A stretch of 64,000 nucleotides of DNA from an uncultured cyanobacterium (GTDB taxonomy: Bacteria; Cyanobacteriota; Cyanobacteriia; Pseudanabaenales; Pseudanabaenaceae), in NCBI GenBank assembly GCA_963703315.1, contig OY969811.1:2464001-2528000 (forward strand), read 5' to 3'. The position numbers and the translations under genes were made by a program. Of the stretch, positions 35,777-46,533 are shown piece after piece. How positions within the stretch are numbered: position 1 is the stretch's first letter; the number at the start of each line of letters is the position of its first letter. The notes under the pieces are model-generated. The model was not told where the DNA came from and did not search any database. It saw nothing but the letters and a program-made list of their open reading frames with translations.

Positions 35777-38446
35777 ATGAAGCGATCGCTAAGTAATGTT
35801 CAAATTAGTATTCAAAAAACACGAAAATATAACCTCAAAATATCTTTTCGGTTTTTACGAACTGTCAGTCTTTGTCTGCTGTTTCTCTTGACTGCATTAG
35901 TTCAGCCTCTAATCGTATTGGCAATTAATCCATCACCAAATCATTCTATTTCTCAAGCAAATTTAGAAACACCAAATAGCTTATTAAATCGAGGTAAATC
36001 GCTTTATCAATTAGGACAATGGCAAGAGGCGATTCAAGCTTGGGAGCAAGCAACTAAGCTCTATCAGCAGCAAAATAATATGCTGGATTTAGCGATTACC
36101 TTAAGCAATCTCTCCCTAGCTCATCAAAAATTAGGACATTGGCAAGATGCGGAACGAGTGATTGTCCAAAGTTTGCAAATTTCCCGATCGCTAGAGATTA
36201 ATGCGGATAGCCGAAAAGTAATTGCTCAGGCTCTAGATACTCAGGGAAATTTATATTTAAATCTAGGCAAAATCGAAGAGGCGATCGCGGTCTGGCAAGA
36301 AGCCGCAATTATCCATGCTCAACTCGGTAATCTCGATCTTCAAATCCGTAATGTTCTCAATCAAGCCCATGCCCTAAAAATGCAAGGGTTTTATCGCCGA
36401 TCGCTACAAACTTTAGAATCCGTTCAAGCCTTATTGCCAAAGATATCGGACAATCTCCTCACAGCGATCGCACTACATAATTACGGTGATATGTTGACTA
36501 CTGTTGGGGAATTTAAAAGCGCCCGTTCTCCTTTAGAGAAGAGTTTAAAGATCCTTGAACGCATTGATAACAATGAGCAGAAGAGTATCGTGCTATTGCG
36601 GCTTGGTAATCTAGAACGACTTGAGGGTAACACCGACAAAGCCCAAGAGTTCTATCGCAATGCATCACAAGGGCGATCGCTGACTAGTTTACAAGCTAAA
36701 CTCAATCTATTTAGTTTGTTGATCGAATCTAGCGAATTGGAAAAAGCTTTAAAACTGCGATCGCAAATTAGCCCATTATTATCTAATCTTGACAATAGTT
36801 CTAATCTTGACAATAGTTCTAATCTTGACAATAGTATTGATGCCATCTTTGCACGTATTAATTATGGAGAGAGTTTACTCAGATTCACAAAATTAGCACC
36901 TGCACCTCAAAATAGTGCATTACTATCAGAAGCTGCCAAAGTCCTCGCAGGTTCCATTCAGCAAGCCAAAGTCATCAATGATAGTCGTACGCTTGCCTAT
37001 GCGATCGGCAGTTTAGGCAGTGCTTATGAACAGAGCAACCAAATCGATGAAGCCCAAAACCTGACGCAACAAGCCCTTGCGATCGCCCAAAGCATCAATG
37101 CAACTGATATCGCCTATCGTTGGCAGTGGCAACTGGGAAGACTGCTCAAAACTAAAGGTGATACTAAGGGGGCAATCCTTGCCTATACCGAAGCCGTTAA
37201 TGGCTTGCGTCAGTTGCGTAGCGATCTGGTATTTGTGAATCCTAACGTGCAGTTCTCATTTCGTGAAACCGTTGAGCCTGTCTATCGCCAACTCGTAGGT
37301 TTATTACTGCAAGATACCACTCCAGACGATAAACAAAAAAACTTAACTAAAGCTCAAGAGGCGATCGAATCGCTACAACTGGCTGAATTAGTTAACTTCT
37401 TTCGCTCTGACTGTCTAAATGCCGTTCAAGTTGACATTAACCAAGTTGATCGTACTGCTGCCGTTATTTATCCGATCATTCTTGAAGATCGTTTAGAAGT
37501 AATTCTTAGTTTACCCAATCAGCCACTTCGCCATTATGCTAGCAAGGTTACATCAGAACAAATTGATGAGGAAGTGCTTGATTTACGAGTTAATCTGCGC
37601 GATCCCTCTTCACAGGACTATATCGCCAATGCTCAAAATATTTATGATTGGTTGATTCGCCCTGCTGCTAGTGCGATCGCCCAAAGTCAGATCAAAACCA
37701 TCGTATTTGTCTTAGATGGGTCTTTAAGAAATATTCCTATGTCGGTTTTGCATGATGGGAAGAATTTTTTGATTGAGAACTATAGTATTGCTCTCACTCC
37801 GAGTCTTCAACTTCTTGACCCTAAACCGATCGCTAAACAAAAAATCACAGCTTTAATTGGTGGACTGACCGAAGCAAGACAAGGGTTTTCGGCTTTACCT
37901 AATGTCAAAAGTGAGTTACAGGAAATTAACAAACAAGTGCCTTTAAGTTCTATCTTTCTAGATGCCAATTTTACGAAGCAAAATCTAGCTGAAAGAATGA
38001 TATCACTGCCATTTCCGATTATTCATCTTGCTACTCACGGTAACTTTAGTTCTGAAGCTGAAAATACTTATTTACTTACTTACGATGGCAAGTTAACCAT
38101 TGACAATCTTTATCAGTTATTACGTTCCAAAAAACGCAGTGATAGCGAACCCGTTGAGTTATTAATTTTGAGTGCTTGTCAAACGGCTGTAGGAGATAAG
38201 CGTGCGGCGCTGGGCTTAGCAGGAATGGCAGTCAGAGCAGGAGCTAGAAGTACGATCGCCTCACTCTGGTCGGTTGATGATGCCGCGACTTCTAAGTTTA
38301 TGATTTCTCTCTATCAAAATCTATCTTCAGCTAATCTCACTAAAGCTGAGTCCTTAAGAATAGCTCAAAAAACCTTGCTTAACAATTCACAATACAATCA
38401 TCCCTATTTTTGGTCGCCCTTTGTACTTTTGGGTAACTGGCTATAG
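35777..38446 (+). CDS. TPR + CHAT (caspase-like) domain protein with predicted N-terminal signal/TM segment
   Basis: Hydrophobic SLCLLFLLTALVQPLIVLA; TPR repeats; catalytic HLATHG and LSACQTA; ASLWSVDD; HPYFWSPFVLLGNWL. Confidence 0.92.
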   Translation: MKRSLSNVQISIQKTRKYNLKISFRFLRTVSLCLLFLLTALVQPLIVLAINPSPNHSISQANLETPNSLLNRGKSLYQLGQWQEAIQAWEQATKLYQQQNNMLDLAITLSNLSLAHQKLGHWQDAERVIVQSLQISRSLEINADSRKVIAQALDTQGNLYLNLGKIEEAIAVWQEAAIIHAQLGNLDLQIRNVLNQAHALKMQGFYRRSLQTLESVQALLPKISDNLLTAIALHNYGDMLTTVGEFKSARSPLEKSLKILERIDNNEQKSIVLLRLGNLERLEGNTDKAQEFYRNASQGRSLTSLQAKLNLFSLLIESSELEKALKLRSQISPLLSNLDNSSNLDNSSNLDNSIDAIFARINYGESLLRFTKLAPAPQNSALLSEAAKVLAGSIQQAKVINDSRTLAYAIGSLGSAYEQSNQIDEAQNLTQQALAIAQSINATDIAYRWQWQLGRLLKTKGDTKGAILAYTEAVNGLRQLRSDLVFVNPNVQFSFRETVEPVYRQLVGLLLQDTTPDDKQKNLTKAQEAIESLQLAELVNFFRSDCLNAVQVDINQVDRTAAVIYPIILEDRLEVILSLPNQPLRHYASKVTSEQIDEEVLDLRVNLRDPSSQDYIANAQNIYDWLIRPAASAIAQSQIKTIVFVLDGSLRNIPMSVLHDGKNFLIENYSIALTPSLQLLDPKPIAKQKITALIGGLTEARQGFSALPNVKSELQEINKQVPLSSIFLDANFTKQNLAERMISLPFPIIHLATHGNFSSEAENTYLLTYDGKLTIDNLYQLLRSKKRSDSEPVELLILSACQTAVGDKRAALGLAGMAVRAGARSTIASLWSVDDAATSKFMISLYQNLSSANLTKAESLRIAQKTLLNNSQYNHPYFWSPFVLLGNWL
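36782..36835 (+). repeat. 18-bp tandem repeat x3 in the CHAT gene
   Basis: TCTAATCTTGACAATAGT x3, encoding SNLDNS x3. Confidence 0.9.
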
Positions 38447-38496
38447 CGTTTCACCGTCTTGTTAGACACAAAACCAAAGAAGCACTTGCATTGTTA

Positions 38497-38582
38497 TATA
38501 GCTGTAGTCAGTAAAACCAAAACCCAAAAATATAGCTGCGGCGCATCGCGCCGCAGCTATATTTTTGGGTTTTATGGCTATA
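38497..38582. repeat. TATAGC...GCTATA-bounded hairpin mini-element
   Basis: AAAACCCAAAAATATAGCTGCGGCGC-ATC-GCGCCGCAGCTATATTTTTGGGTTTT inside TATAGC/GCTATA ends. Confidence 0.75.
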
Positions 38583-38687
38583 CTTGCCAATCTCCGACAA
38601 ATAACGCTTGGTGCTACTCCTCAGAAAAAGTTACACTTTGTTCAGGACTGCATATAAATCTCAATACCTACAATCAAGTTTGCCCCC

Positions 38688-40748
38688 ATGCCCAACCGTC
38701 TCGCTCAATCGCAAAGTCTCTATCTTCGTAAACACGCTGATAACCCGATCGATTGGTATCCTTGGGGTAACGAAGCTATAGAAAAGGCAAGAGCCGAAAA
38801 TAAGCCGATCTTTTTGTCCATTGGTTACTCTAGTTGCCATTGGTGTACGGTGATGGAGCATGAGGCTTTTTCGGATACAGTGATTGCGGACTATATGAGC
38901 GATCGCTTTGTGGCAATTAAAGTTGATCGCGAGGAGCGCCCCGATCTCGATAGCATTTATATGCAAGCTGTACAAATCATGGGTGAAACTGGTGGCTGGC
39001 CTCTAAATTTGTTTCTGGCTCCTGATGATTTAGTTCCCTTTTATGGTGGGACATACTTTCCGATTGAGCCGCGCTATGGCAGACCGGGATTTTTGCGCGT
39101 GCTGCAATCAATTTGTGATATTTACTATGAACGCAATCAAGATATTCAAGACTATAAAGAACAAATTGTCCGAAATCTACACCAAGTAAATAAGCTCATT
39201 CCTGTGCCAATTATTAGTGATGAGGTTTTAGCTAATGGCATTGCCAAATGCGCCGAAGTCGTCACTAATCGCGATTATGGAACCTGTTTTCCGATGATTC
39301 CCTATGCTAATTTCTTGTTAAGAGCAAGTCGTTTTGAGGTTATCAATGCGGAATCTGGCGAAACTATTCACACAAACATTCTCAAGGATAAAGCTCAACA
39401 ACGAGGTCTAGATTTAGCTCTGGGTGGGATTTTTGACCATGTAGCAGGTGGATGGCATCGCTACACCATTGATCATACTTGGACAGTTCCACATTTTGAG
39501 AAGATGCTCTACGACAATGGTTTGATTATGGAATATCTCGCTAATCTCTGGCTATCGGGATTAGAAGAACCTGCGATCGCTAGATCTTGTGAACTCACCG
39601 CCACTTGGCTCCAGCGCGAAATGCTCGCCGAAGAAGGCTGCTTTTATGCTTCTCAAGATGCTGATAGTGAAGGAAGAGAAGGTAAATTTTGGGTATGGAG
39701 TTTTACAGAACTAAAGAAAATTTTTAGTGCTAGTGAACTTGACCTATTAACTCAAGAATTTACAATTTCCGTAAATGGTAATTTTGAAGAATCTAATGTC
39801 TTACAACGTAAAAAACGTGGTGAATTGTCGCCAGAAATAGAAGCAAGTCTGACCAAACTATTTCGTCGTCGCTATGGAGAATATTCTCGTCCTACCGATG
39901 CTTTCCCTGTAGCGCGTAGTCAAGATGATATTCGCGAAATTAATTGGGAAGGTCGTGTGCCGCCTGTGACTGATACGAAAGCGATCACGGCTTGGAATGC
40001 GCTGATGATTTCGGGTTTAGCGAATGCTTACCGTGCTTTTCAAAAGCCTATCTATAAACAACTTGCCGTCAATGCGGCAAAGTTCATTCTCGAAAATCAA
40101 TGGATTGAAGGAAGTTTGCAACGGATTAATTATGAAGGACAAGCAGCAGTTGCGGCGCAGTCAGAGGATTATGCTTTTTTGATTAAGGCTTTGCTTGATC
40201 TACATCAAGCTATTCCTGAAGATGCGGATTTCTATCTGCAACAGGCGATCTCCATCCAAGCAGAATTTGATCGTGACTTTTGGGATGCCCTCTCTGGCGG
40301 CTATTTCAACACTACCAGCGAATCTAGTCAGCATTTACTCCTGCGAGAGCGCAACTATCAAGATAATGCAACCCCTTCACCCAATGGCATTGCGATCGCC
40401 AATTTAGTCCGTTTTGCTAGCCTTACCGAAAAGTTGGAATATCTAGATCGTGCAGAACTAGCATTAAAAAGATTTGGTCTGGTGATTGCTAATAGTCCTG
40501 TGGCTTGTCCCAGTCTGTTAGCGGCTTTTGACTGGTTCCGCAATCATACGCTGGTGCGGACTAATCCTGCTCAATATGCCTATCTCAATCGTCAATATCT
40601 ACCCTCAGTCATGCTCCGCATCGATCGCCATTTACCTAATCCTGAAGCGATCGCAATGGTTTGTCAGGGCTTTGCTTGTCTAGAACCTGCCACGAGTCAG
40701 GAAGTATGTGATCAACAGTTATTACGGAGTACGACTAGAGTGCGCTAG
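38688..40748 (+). CDS. Thioredoxin-domain protein, YyaL/SSP411 (DUF255) family
   Basis: [58 protein letters not shown]. Confidence 0.92.
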   Translation: MPNRLAQSQSLYLRKHADNPIDWYPWGNEAIEKARAENKPIFLSIGYSSCHWCTVMEHEAFSDTVIADYMSDRFVAIKVDREERPDLDSIYMQAVQIMGETGGWPLNLFLAPDDLVPFYGGTYFPIEPRYGRPGFLRVLQSICDIYYERNQDIQDYKEQIVRNLHQVNKLIPVPIISDEVLANGIAKCAEVVTNRDYGTCFPMIPYANFLLRASRFEVINAESGETIHTNILKDKAQQRGLDLALGGIFDHVAGGWHRYTIDHTWTVPHFEKMLYDNGLIMEYLANLWLSGLEEPAIARSCELTATWLQREMLAEEGCFYASQDADSEGREGKFWVWSFTELKKIFSASELDLLTQEFTISVNGNFEESNVLQRKKRGELSPEIEASLTKLFRRRYGEYSRPTDAFPVARSQDDIREINWEGRVPPVTDTKAITAWNALMISGLANAYRAFQKPIYKQLAVNAAKFILENQWIEGSLQRINYEGQAAVAAQSEDYAFLIKALLDLHQAIPEDADFYLQQAISIQAEFDRDFWDALSGGYFNTTSESSQHLLLRERNYQDNATPSPNGIAIANLVRFASLTEKLEYLDRAELALKRFGLVIANSPVACPSLLAAFDWFRNHTLVRTNPAQYAYLNRQYLPSVMLRIDRHLPNPEAIAMVCQGFACLEPATSQEVCDQQLLRSTTRVR

Positions 40749-40750
40749 TT

Positions 40751-42082
40751 TTAGAACTTCGCTGGTTCACCCATGATATAGGTTGCCGCGATCGCCCGAT
40801 CATCGCCCATGATCATTGTCGCAAAGAGTTGATCAGATATTTCGGTAATAGTTGGCGCTACAGTCTGATTGACCGATTGATTTCTCAAAGCCAAGATGGG
40901 AGTCGATCGCAGATTTAACACTACAAAATCTGCCTCTTTGCCAATCTCAAAGTTACCTAGTTTATCATCAAGAGATAAGGCGATCGCTCCACCCAACGTG
41001 GCAAGAAATAAAGCTTGAAATGCGGAAAGTTTTTGTGATCGCAACTGAGCAACTTGGTAAGCCGCACTCGCAGTGCGGAGAATCGAGAAACTTGTACCTG
41101 CGCCCACATCAGTTCCTAATCCAACTTTGACGGGAGTTTCTAAAGATTTGGCTTTTTCTAATTTGAATAGTCCGCTCCCTAAAAACAAATTAGAAGTCGG
41201 ACAAAAGGCGATCGCTGATTTTGCTGCGGATAATCTGGCAAATTCGCGATCCGTAAGCTGCACACCATGCGCGAAGATCGACTTTGAGCCAACTAGCCCT
41301 GCGCGATCGTAGACATCAAGATAGCCTTCACTTTCGGGAAAGAACTCGGCGACAGTGGCAACTTCTTTGACATTTTCCGAAAGATGGGTATGTAAGTATA
41401 CATCAGGAAATTCGGCTAAAAGCTTACCTGCATTGCTCAACTGTGCTGCTGTTGAGGTAATCGCAAAGCGTGGTGTTACTGCATAAAGCAAGCGATCGCG
41501 TTTGTGCCATTTCTCAATTAACTGCTTTGTTTCGGTATAAGAAGATGTCGCTGTATCTAACAAAAATTCGGGAGCATGACGATCCATCATCACCTTACCC
41601 GCAATCATCCGTAAATTCCGACGCTGAGCCTCTTCAAAAAATGCATCCGTTGATTGCGGAAACACCGATGTAAATACTAAGGCGGTAGTGGTTCCATTGC
41701 GTAATAATTCATCCAGAAAAAGTGAGGCAATTTCCAGAGCATAGTTGCGATCGGCAAACTTCCTTTCCGTCGGAAATGTATAGATACTCAGCCATTCCAA
41801 TAACTGCTCACCATAGGAAGCAATCATTTCTGTCTGTGGAAAATGAATATGCGTATCGATAAACCCTGAGACAATCAAGCGATCGCGATAATCAGTAACA
41901 GGAAGATCCGCATACTGAGACTTTAACTCTTCATAATTGCCTAAATCCTTGACCTTGCCATGCTCGACCACCAGTAATCCATCAGGAAAGTAGCGCATAC
42001 AATCAGCTTCAGGTACATAAAAAGGATCAGCGATCGCATCTAGAAAACTGGCTCGAAATCCCTTTATGTCTGAGTTCTGCAT
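40751..42082 (-). CDS. guaD: Guanine deaminase
   Basis: GFIDTHIHFPQ, YAVTPRFA, HTHLSEN, CPTSNLFLGSG, GLGTDVGAGTS. Confidence 0.95.
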   Translation of the reverse strand: MQNSDIKGFRASFLDAIADPFYVPEADCMRYFPDGLLVVEHGKVKDLGNYEELKSQYADLPVTDYRDRLIVSGFIDTHIHFPQTEMIASYGEQLLEWLSIYTFPTERKFADRNYALEIASLFLDELLRNGTTTALVFTSVFPQSTDAFFEEAQRRNLRMIAGKVMMDRHAPEFLLDTATSSYTETKQLIEKWHKRDRLLYAVTPRFAITSTAAQLSNAGKLLAEFPDVYLHTHLSENVKEVATVAEFFPESEGYLDVYDRAGLVGSKSIFAHGVQLTDREFARLSAAKSAIAFCPTSNLFLGSGLFKLEKAKSLETPVKVGLGTDVGAGTSFSILRTASAAYQVAQLRSQKLSAFQALFLATLGGAIALSLDDKLGNFEIGKEADFVVLNLRSTPILALRNQSVNQTVAPTITEISDQLFATMIMGDDRAIAATYIMGEPAKF

Positions 42083-42246
42083 GATTTGGGGAAAGTTAGC
42101 TTGCGTAATGGCTAGACTATTGTTTGCATTGTTTCGCCTTTGTCATAGTCACAAAAATTACAATAAAACCCATTCATAAAGTGGCAGCACTTCGCGCCGC
42201 AACTCTATGAATGGGTTTCTGGCGATCGCTATATTTTGCTGAAAAC

Positions 42247-42870
42247 TTAATGGGCAAAAACATCGGCATAGCCCAGTAAATCTAAGTACACAACCGTAGG
42301 AATATGAGCAAAGCAAGCCTTTGCCAAATCGTAGCGGTTTTCACGAACTAACATATCGATCAGCTTGCGATAGACAGGTAAAAGATAGCGCACATCATTG
42401 GCGGCATACTTTAGTTGTTCTTCCGATAGAAGTTGGATATTGCCCCAGTCTGAACATTGGGAGGTTTTATCGAGGTCAACTTTTTCCAGTTCGCGGACTA
42501 GCTCTTTTAAACCATGTTTATCGGTATATGTCCTAGCCAACTTGCTCGCAATTTTGGTGCAGAAAATTGGATGGGTGGCAATGCTAAGATGTGCCTCCAG
42601 CATCGCTACGTCAAAACGAGCAAAGTGAAAAACTTTTGTGACATCGGGGGCTTCAAATAAATACTTAAGGTTGGGTGCTTCTTTGATTCCTTGAGCGATT
42701 CTTACCAAACTTACATAATCGTCGTCGTTACTGATTTGGATTAAACACAAGCGATCGCGCCGAGGGATCAACCCCATTGTTTCTGTATCAACGGCGATCG
42801 CTTTGCAACCGAGATACTCTTGAAGAGTTTCAAAATCAATATCGTTATCAAATATTTTAAAAGCTGGCAT
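42247..42870 (-). CDS. rnd: Ribonuclease D-like DEDD 3'-5' exonuclease
   Basis: AVDTETMGL, HFARFD, FCTKIASKLARTYTDKHGL, QLKYAANDV. ATG at 42870 preferred. Confidence 0.85.
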   Translation of the reverse strand: MPAFKIFDNDIDFETLQEYLGCKAIAVDTETMGLIPRRDRLCLIQISNDDDYVSLVRIAQGIKEAPNLKYLFEAPDVTKVFHFARFDVAMLEAHLSIATHPIFCTKIASKLARTYTDKHGLKELVRELEKVDLDKTSQCSDWGNIQLLSEEQLKYAANDVRYLLPVYRKLIDMLVRENRYDLAKACFAHIPTVVYLDLLGYADVFAH

Positions 42871-42965
42871 TTTAATTCTTAGGTGAGCTTCAGCACTAGT
42901 TATACAGCTTTTATGCAGCTTATTTGTCAAATTGAGTAGACTTTAGCCAAATTAAAATTATAACT

Positions 42966-43064
42966 ACCTCGGCACAATTAAAAACCAGATTTAAAACCTG
43001 TGGCGTACACTGCGCGTGTGCCACAGGTTTTAGGATTTTATATTTAATTAAGCCTACTTACTTA
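42966..43064. repeat. Hairpin mini-element; inverted relative of 21454-21545
   Basis: Arms AATTAAAAACCAG and TTTTATATTTAATT are reverse complements of the arms at 21461-21536; the central hairpin differs. Confidence 0.75.
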
Positions 43065-43583
43065 ACCTAAAAGCCACAATGGTTATATATGGAGAGATTC
43101 TAAGGATTTTCAATTTTAAATAATCTTTATAAACAGATCCATTTACAATTCTTACAATTAAGTATTTAGTATTATCCCCTTTACTTTACAGAGACTATAT
43201 AATACAACTAAACATAATGAAATTTTGAGCCTGCCTAGTCCTTGAGGAAAACCTCAAAAATACTATTGAGAATAGTAATGGCAAATCATAAATTGACATT
43301 GCTGATCAAGCAAATAGGATTGCTATATATCTCAAAATATTAGTAAGTTTCTATGTAGATATAGCCTTCTCAAATCATTTGTAGATTTTTAGGCTTAGGA
43401 CACTCTTCCATAAGCCATTTGGGATTGCTATAGCCATTTAAATAGATACCCGCCTAGAAAAAATTTTCTGAAACATTAGGACAAATTTTAAAGTCAACTG
43501 TAAAGTAAATTTTTTGTCGATTAGGATAATCAAATCAATCTGATACTTAAGATTTTTTTAATATTGCTCAGGAAAGTATTGAC

Positions 43584-45032
43584 ATGGCTCAGTTTGATCA
43601 ACACCACCAATCTGAAAGGTTTTCCGAACAAATTACAGACATAACCGTAGGTAGTCTTGATAAAGCTCAGCAACATATTTACAATTTCTTTTTAGGAATC
43701 ATTAAACATTATCAAGCTGAAGATATTTTAAATCAATTTGATAGACTGTTTATTAAATATGAAGAAGTTGATAATACTAAAGCTTACTATGCTTTAGGTG
43801 AAATCCTATTTCATGATAAAGAAGAAGAATTTAAATATACTCTACTACGTTGCTGCTATATCCTCAATAATAATTGGGCAATTAATGGCAATATCAAAGC
43901 TTGCCAACAATTAGTTGACCTTTTTTTGTCAAATTCTATTGGTCTACCAACACGAATTTATAAACTTAAAAGGTTACGAAAATGGTTGCAAAACTTTGTT
44001 AGTTCTGAAGAATACAACACTCTGCGATCGCTCTCAGGCAGACCAGGAGTAAATAAAAATTATCATAATTGGTCGGAGAGATTTTCTTCATACTTGTTGA
44101 TCTCAGAATACTCTGATCTCAGCAAACCCGCAGAGCAACGTCAATATGCAGAAACCTTATATCGCAGAATCAAAAAACAATTTAAGTTTAATCTGGCAAT
44201 GTATACGGCTCGGATTGATTCAAAATCAGGGGCTAATCCGCAACACCAAAATCCTACTACTCTAGGTGATGGCGTACTAATTTTAATTAAGCGAGTATTG
44301 AATAAGCAGGGCAATGATGGCTATCGACAAGCAGCTAAAAGTCTCTACGACCAAATCAAAAATTTCACCTTCTCCGAATTTAAAGATAGTTTATTGACAT
44401 ATTTAGGCATATCTCAAGACAATTTAGAAATTTCTGAAGTCTTAAGTGTAACAGTTGTCCAGAAATTAAAGCACTTTCAAGAACATCAAGATGATCATGA
44501 AATGACGGTGAGTTTGCTGCACGTAACTTGTAATCGCGTCTTATATTATCTGCTATTAAATGAGCGCCGTAAGCCTTCAGAGTTTTTACAACTATCATTA
44601 GAGTGTAACAATCTTCTAAATCTGGTAATTCTATTATTAAAAATTGTCCTACTTTCTTCTAATGGTAGATTTTATTTGGAAGGTTATATTGCCGAATTAA
44701 TCAAATTTTATAGCGCTTACGAAGAGACAGAATGTCGTACTTTTATTAATTTTTTGGATATTCTCAATGTTACATTGGCAATTTTTGATGAGGATACACA
44801 CTATAGTTTAATTAAAATGAAGAATTTAACAGATACTATGCCTGATGTAAATTTAGAAAATTATCGAGTTTTTTCCCAGTCTAGGAAATTTGGAGATTTA
44901 GTTAGCAATCCATTTACTCAACAAGATACTACAAAGACTCTAAATCCATCTGCCCAAGAAGATACTACTAAGAATTTAAATCCATCTGTACAACAAGACA
45001 CGACCAAGACTCTAAATATAGCTATTTCCTAA
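43584..45032 (+). CDS. Hypothetical protein with C-terminal 12-aa triple repeat
   Basis: 482-aa ORF, AT-rich, no motif recognised. Confidence 0.75.
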   Translation: MAQFDQHHQSERFSEQITDITVGSLDKAQQHIYNFFLGIIKHYQAEDILNQFDRLFIKYEEVDNTKAYYALGEILFHDKEEEFKYTLLRCCYILNNNWAINGNIKACQQLVDLFLSNSIGLPTRIYKLKRLRKWLQNFVSSEEYNTLRSLSGRPGVNKNYHNWSERFSSYLLISEYSDLSKPAEQRQYAETLYRRIKKQFKFNLAMYTARIDSKSGANPQHQNPTTLGDGVLILIKRVLNKQGNDGYRQAAKSLYDQIKNFTFSEFKDSLLTYLGISQDNLEISEVLSVTVVQKLKHFQEHQDDHEMTVSLLHVTCNRVLYYLLLNERRKPSEFLQLSLECNNLLNLVILLLKIVLLSSNGRFYLEGYIAELIKFYSAYEETECRTFINFLDILNVTLAIFDEDTHYSLIKMKNLTDTMPDVNLENYRVFSQSRKFGDLVSNPFTQQDTTKTLNPSAQEDTTKNLNPSVQQDTTKTLNIAIS

Positions 45033-45111
45033 AAGAGAGTAGTGTCGCTTTGCGCCTTAACAAACAGATTTTGTATGGTGCAAAGCGCCGCGCCACAAAA
45101 AATCTGTTTTT

Positions 45112-46155
45112 TTATTCTAGAGATGCGATCCATTCAAAAATGCGATTCCATGCCCACCATCGATCGCGATCGCCATAGTGGTTTTGACATTTCTTACTGC
45201 TGATATAACCCACATGACCACCGTACTGAGTAACGATCAGTTTAATCGCAGGGTTGTCTTGAGCAATTTTTTCTAAATCAGGGATAATCGTTGGATCAAA
45301 CATGGGATCATCCGCAGCATAAAGAATAAAAGTGGGCTTTTGGAGATGGGGCATGAAATATAGCGGACAACTAGCATCGTAATAGTCTTCCACCGAGTCA
45401 AAGCCTAATTTCGCGATCGTTAATTCATTATCAAATCCCCAAATACTGTTAGCTCGCTCGACGGCATCACGATCAATTGCTTCAGGATGATTTTTTGCCA
45501 TGCCTCGACCTAATTTCTTCAGTTCACGAGCGATCGCTTTTTCGAGAAATCGCCCCAGTTCATCTTTGACTAAATAAGTAAGCGATCGATTGGAGTCAAC
45601 ACTCGGACAAATCACGGCTCCACCACCAATATCCGCCGCCGTAATTTCTAAATCACTGCCCCAAGAGGCGATCGTTTCTCCTGCCTTGATCCCCCATAAT
45701 GCCAATTGACCACCAAGTGAATATCCCATTAACCAAAAAGGACTAGGACATCCTAATTGTTTGGCAGTGTTCGCAATCCGAATAAAATCTTCACCTTCAT
45801 ACAGTCCATCGGAAGTCAGATTTGGTGATAATTCGGCGGTTTTACCATGCGCTCGCCAATCAAATAAAACGACGGCATAGCCTTTGTCAAACGCCTTGCG
45901 CCCAAGAATTTTTAGGAACCATTGATTATCTAGATCTCCAGTAATGCCATAGGTGGCGACGATGGTTCCCTTCGCATTTGCAGGAATTGCGTATTTGCCA
46001 AAAATAGGTACACCATTTGCACCTGTAAAAATATGCTCTTGATAAATAGGCTCTGGTTCAATTGTGAAATTCTCCCACTTACGACTTACACGCAAAGCCG
46101 TATAGAGGGTCATTAGCAAACCATTTGTGAGATGCCAAGGGGGAAGATAGAGCAT
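45112..46155 (-). CDS. Alpha/beta hydrolase, YheT family
   Basis: FDWRAHG, GYSLGG nucleophile elbow, AADDP, GGHVG. Confidence 0.88.
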   Translation of the reverse strand: MLYLPPWHLTNGLLMTLYTALRVSRKWENFTIEPEPIYQEHIFTGANGVPIFGKYAIPANAKGTIVATYGITGDLDNQWFLKILGRKAFDKGYAVVLFDWRAHGKTAELSPNLTSDGLYEGEDFIRIANTAKQLGCPSPFWLMGYSLGGQLALWGIKAGETIASWGSDLEITAADIGGGAVICPSVDSNRSLTYLVKDELGRFLEKAIARELKKLGRGMAKNHPEAIDRDAVERANSIWGFDNELTIAKLGFDSVEDYYDASCPLYFMPHLQKPTFILYAADDPMFDPTIIPDLEKIAQDNPAIKLIVTQYGGHVGYISSKKCQNHYGDRDRWWAWNRIFEWIASLE

Positions 46156-46258
46156 ATATAAAAGGATTTAATAAAGAAGAGATTTTTAGTGGTGCAGCTT
46201 TGCCGCGCCACTAAAAATCTCTTCTTTATTTTACTGTGCGTCCCTTAGTCCTATAAAA

Positions 46259-46297
46259 ATCAATAAGAGGAAGTGCAAAGTACTTCCTCTTATTGAT
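46259..46297 (-). terminator. Hairpin downstream of tRNA-Ser
   Basis: ATCAATAAGAGGAAGT-GCAAAGT-ACTTCCTCTTATTGAT. Confidence 0.65.
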
Positions 46298-46309
46298 GGA
46301 TCTGATTTA

Positions 46310-46396
46310 CGGAGAGAGAGGGATTCGAACCCTCGTTAAAGTTTCCCCTAAACAGCATTTCCAGTGCTGCGCCTTCAACCACTCGGCCATCTCTCC
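46310..46396 (-). tRNA. trnS: tRNA-Ser(GGA)
   Basis: Reverse complement GGAGAGATGGCCGAGTGGTTGAAGGCGCAGCACTGGAAATGCTG...GAGGGTTCGAATCCCTCTCTCTCCG; anticodon loop CTGGAAA, long variable arm, CCA not encoded. Confidence 0.96.
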
Positions 46397-46533
46397 TCGC
46401 TTAACTCCACAAAAAACTCTTCCGAATTTAGCTGTTTTGTGTCGCGGTATTTAATCATAGCAAAGGGTGACACATCTGCAAAAGTTTTTCAAATTAAGAG
46501 TTCAAAATGGCTACGCCATTTTGAACTCTTAAA

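Noticed and set aside
38459..38731. 90-aa ORF between the CHAT and thioredoxin-domain genes
   Set aside because: It runs through a palindromic mini-element and has no protein-like features.
46310..46396. tRNA-Ser as an integration site for an island
   Set aside because: I saw no duplicated tRNA 3' end and no integrase; flanking genes look like ordinary chromosomal genes.
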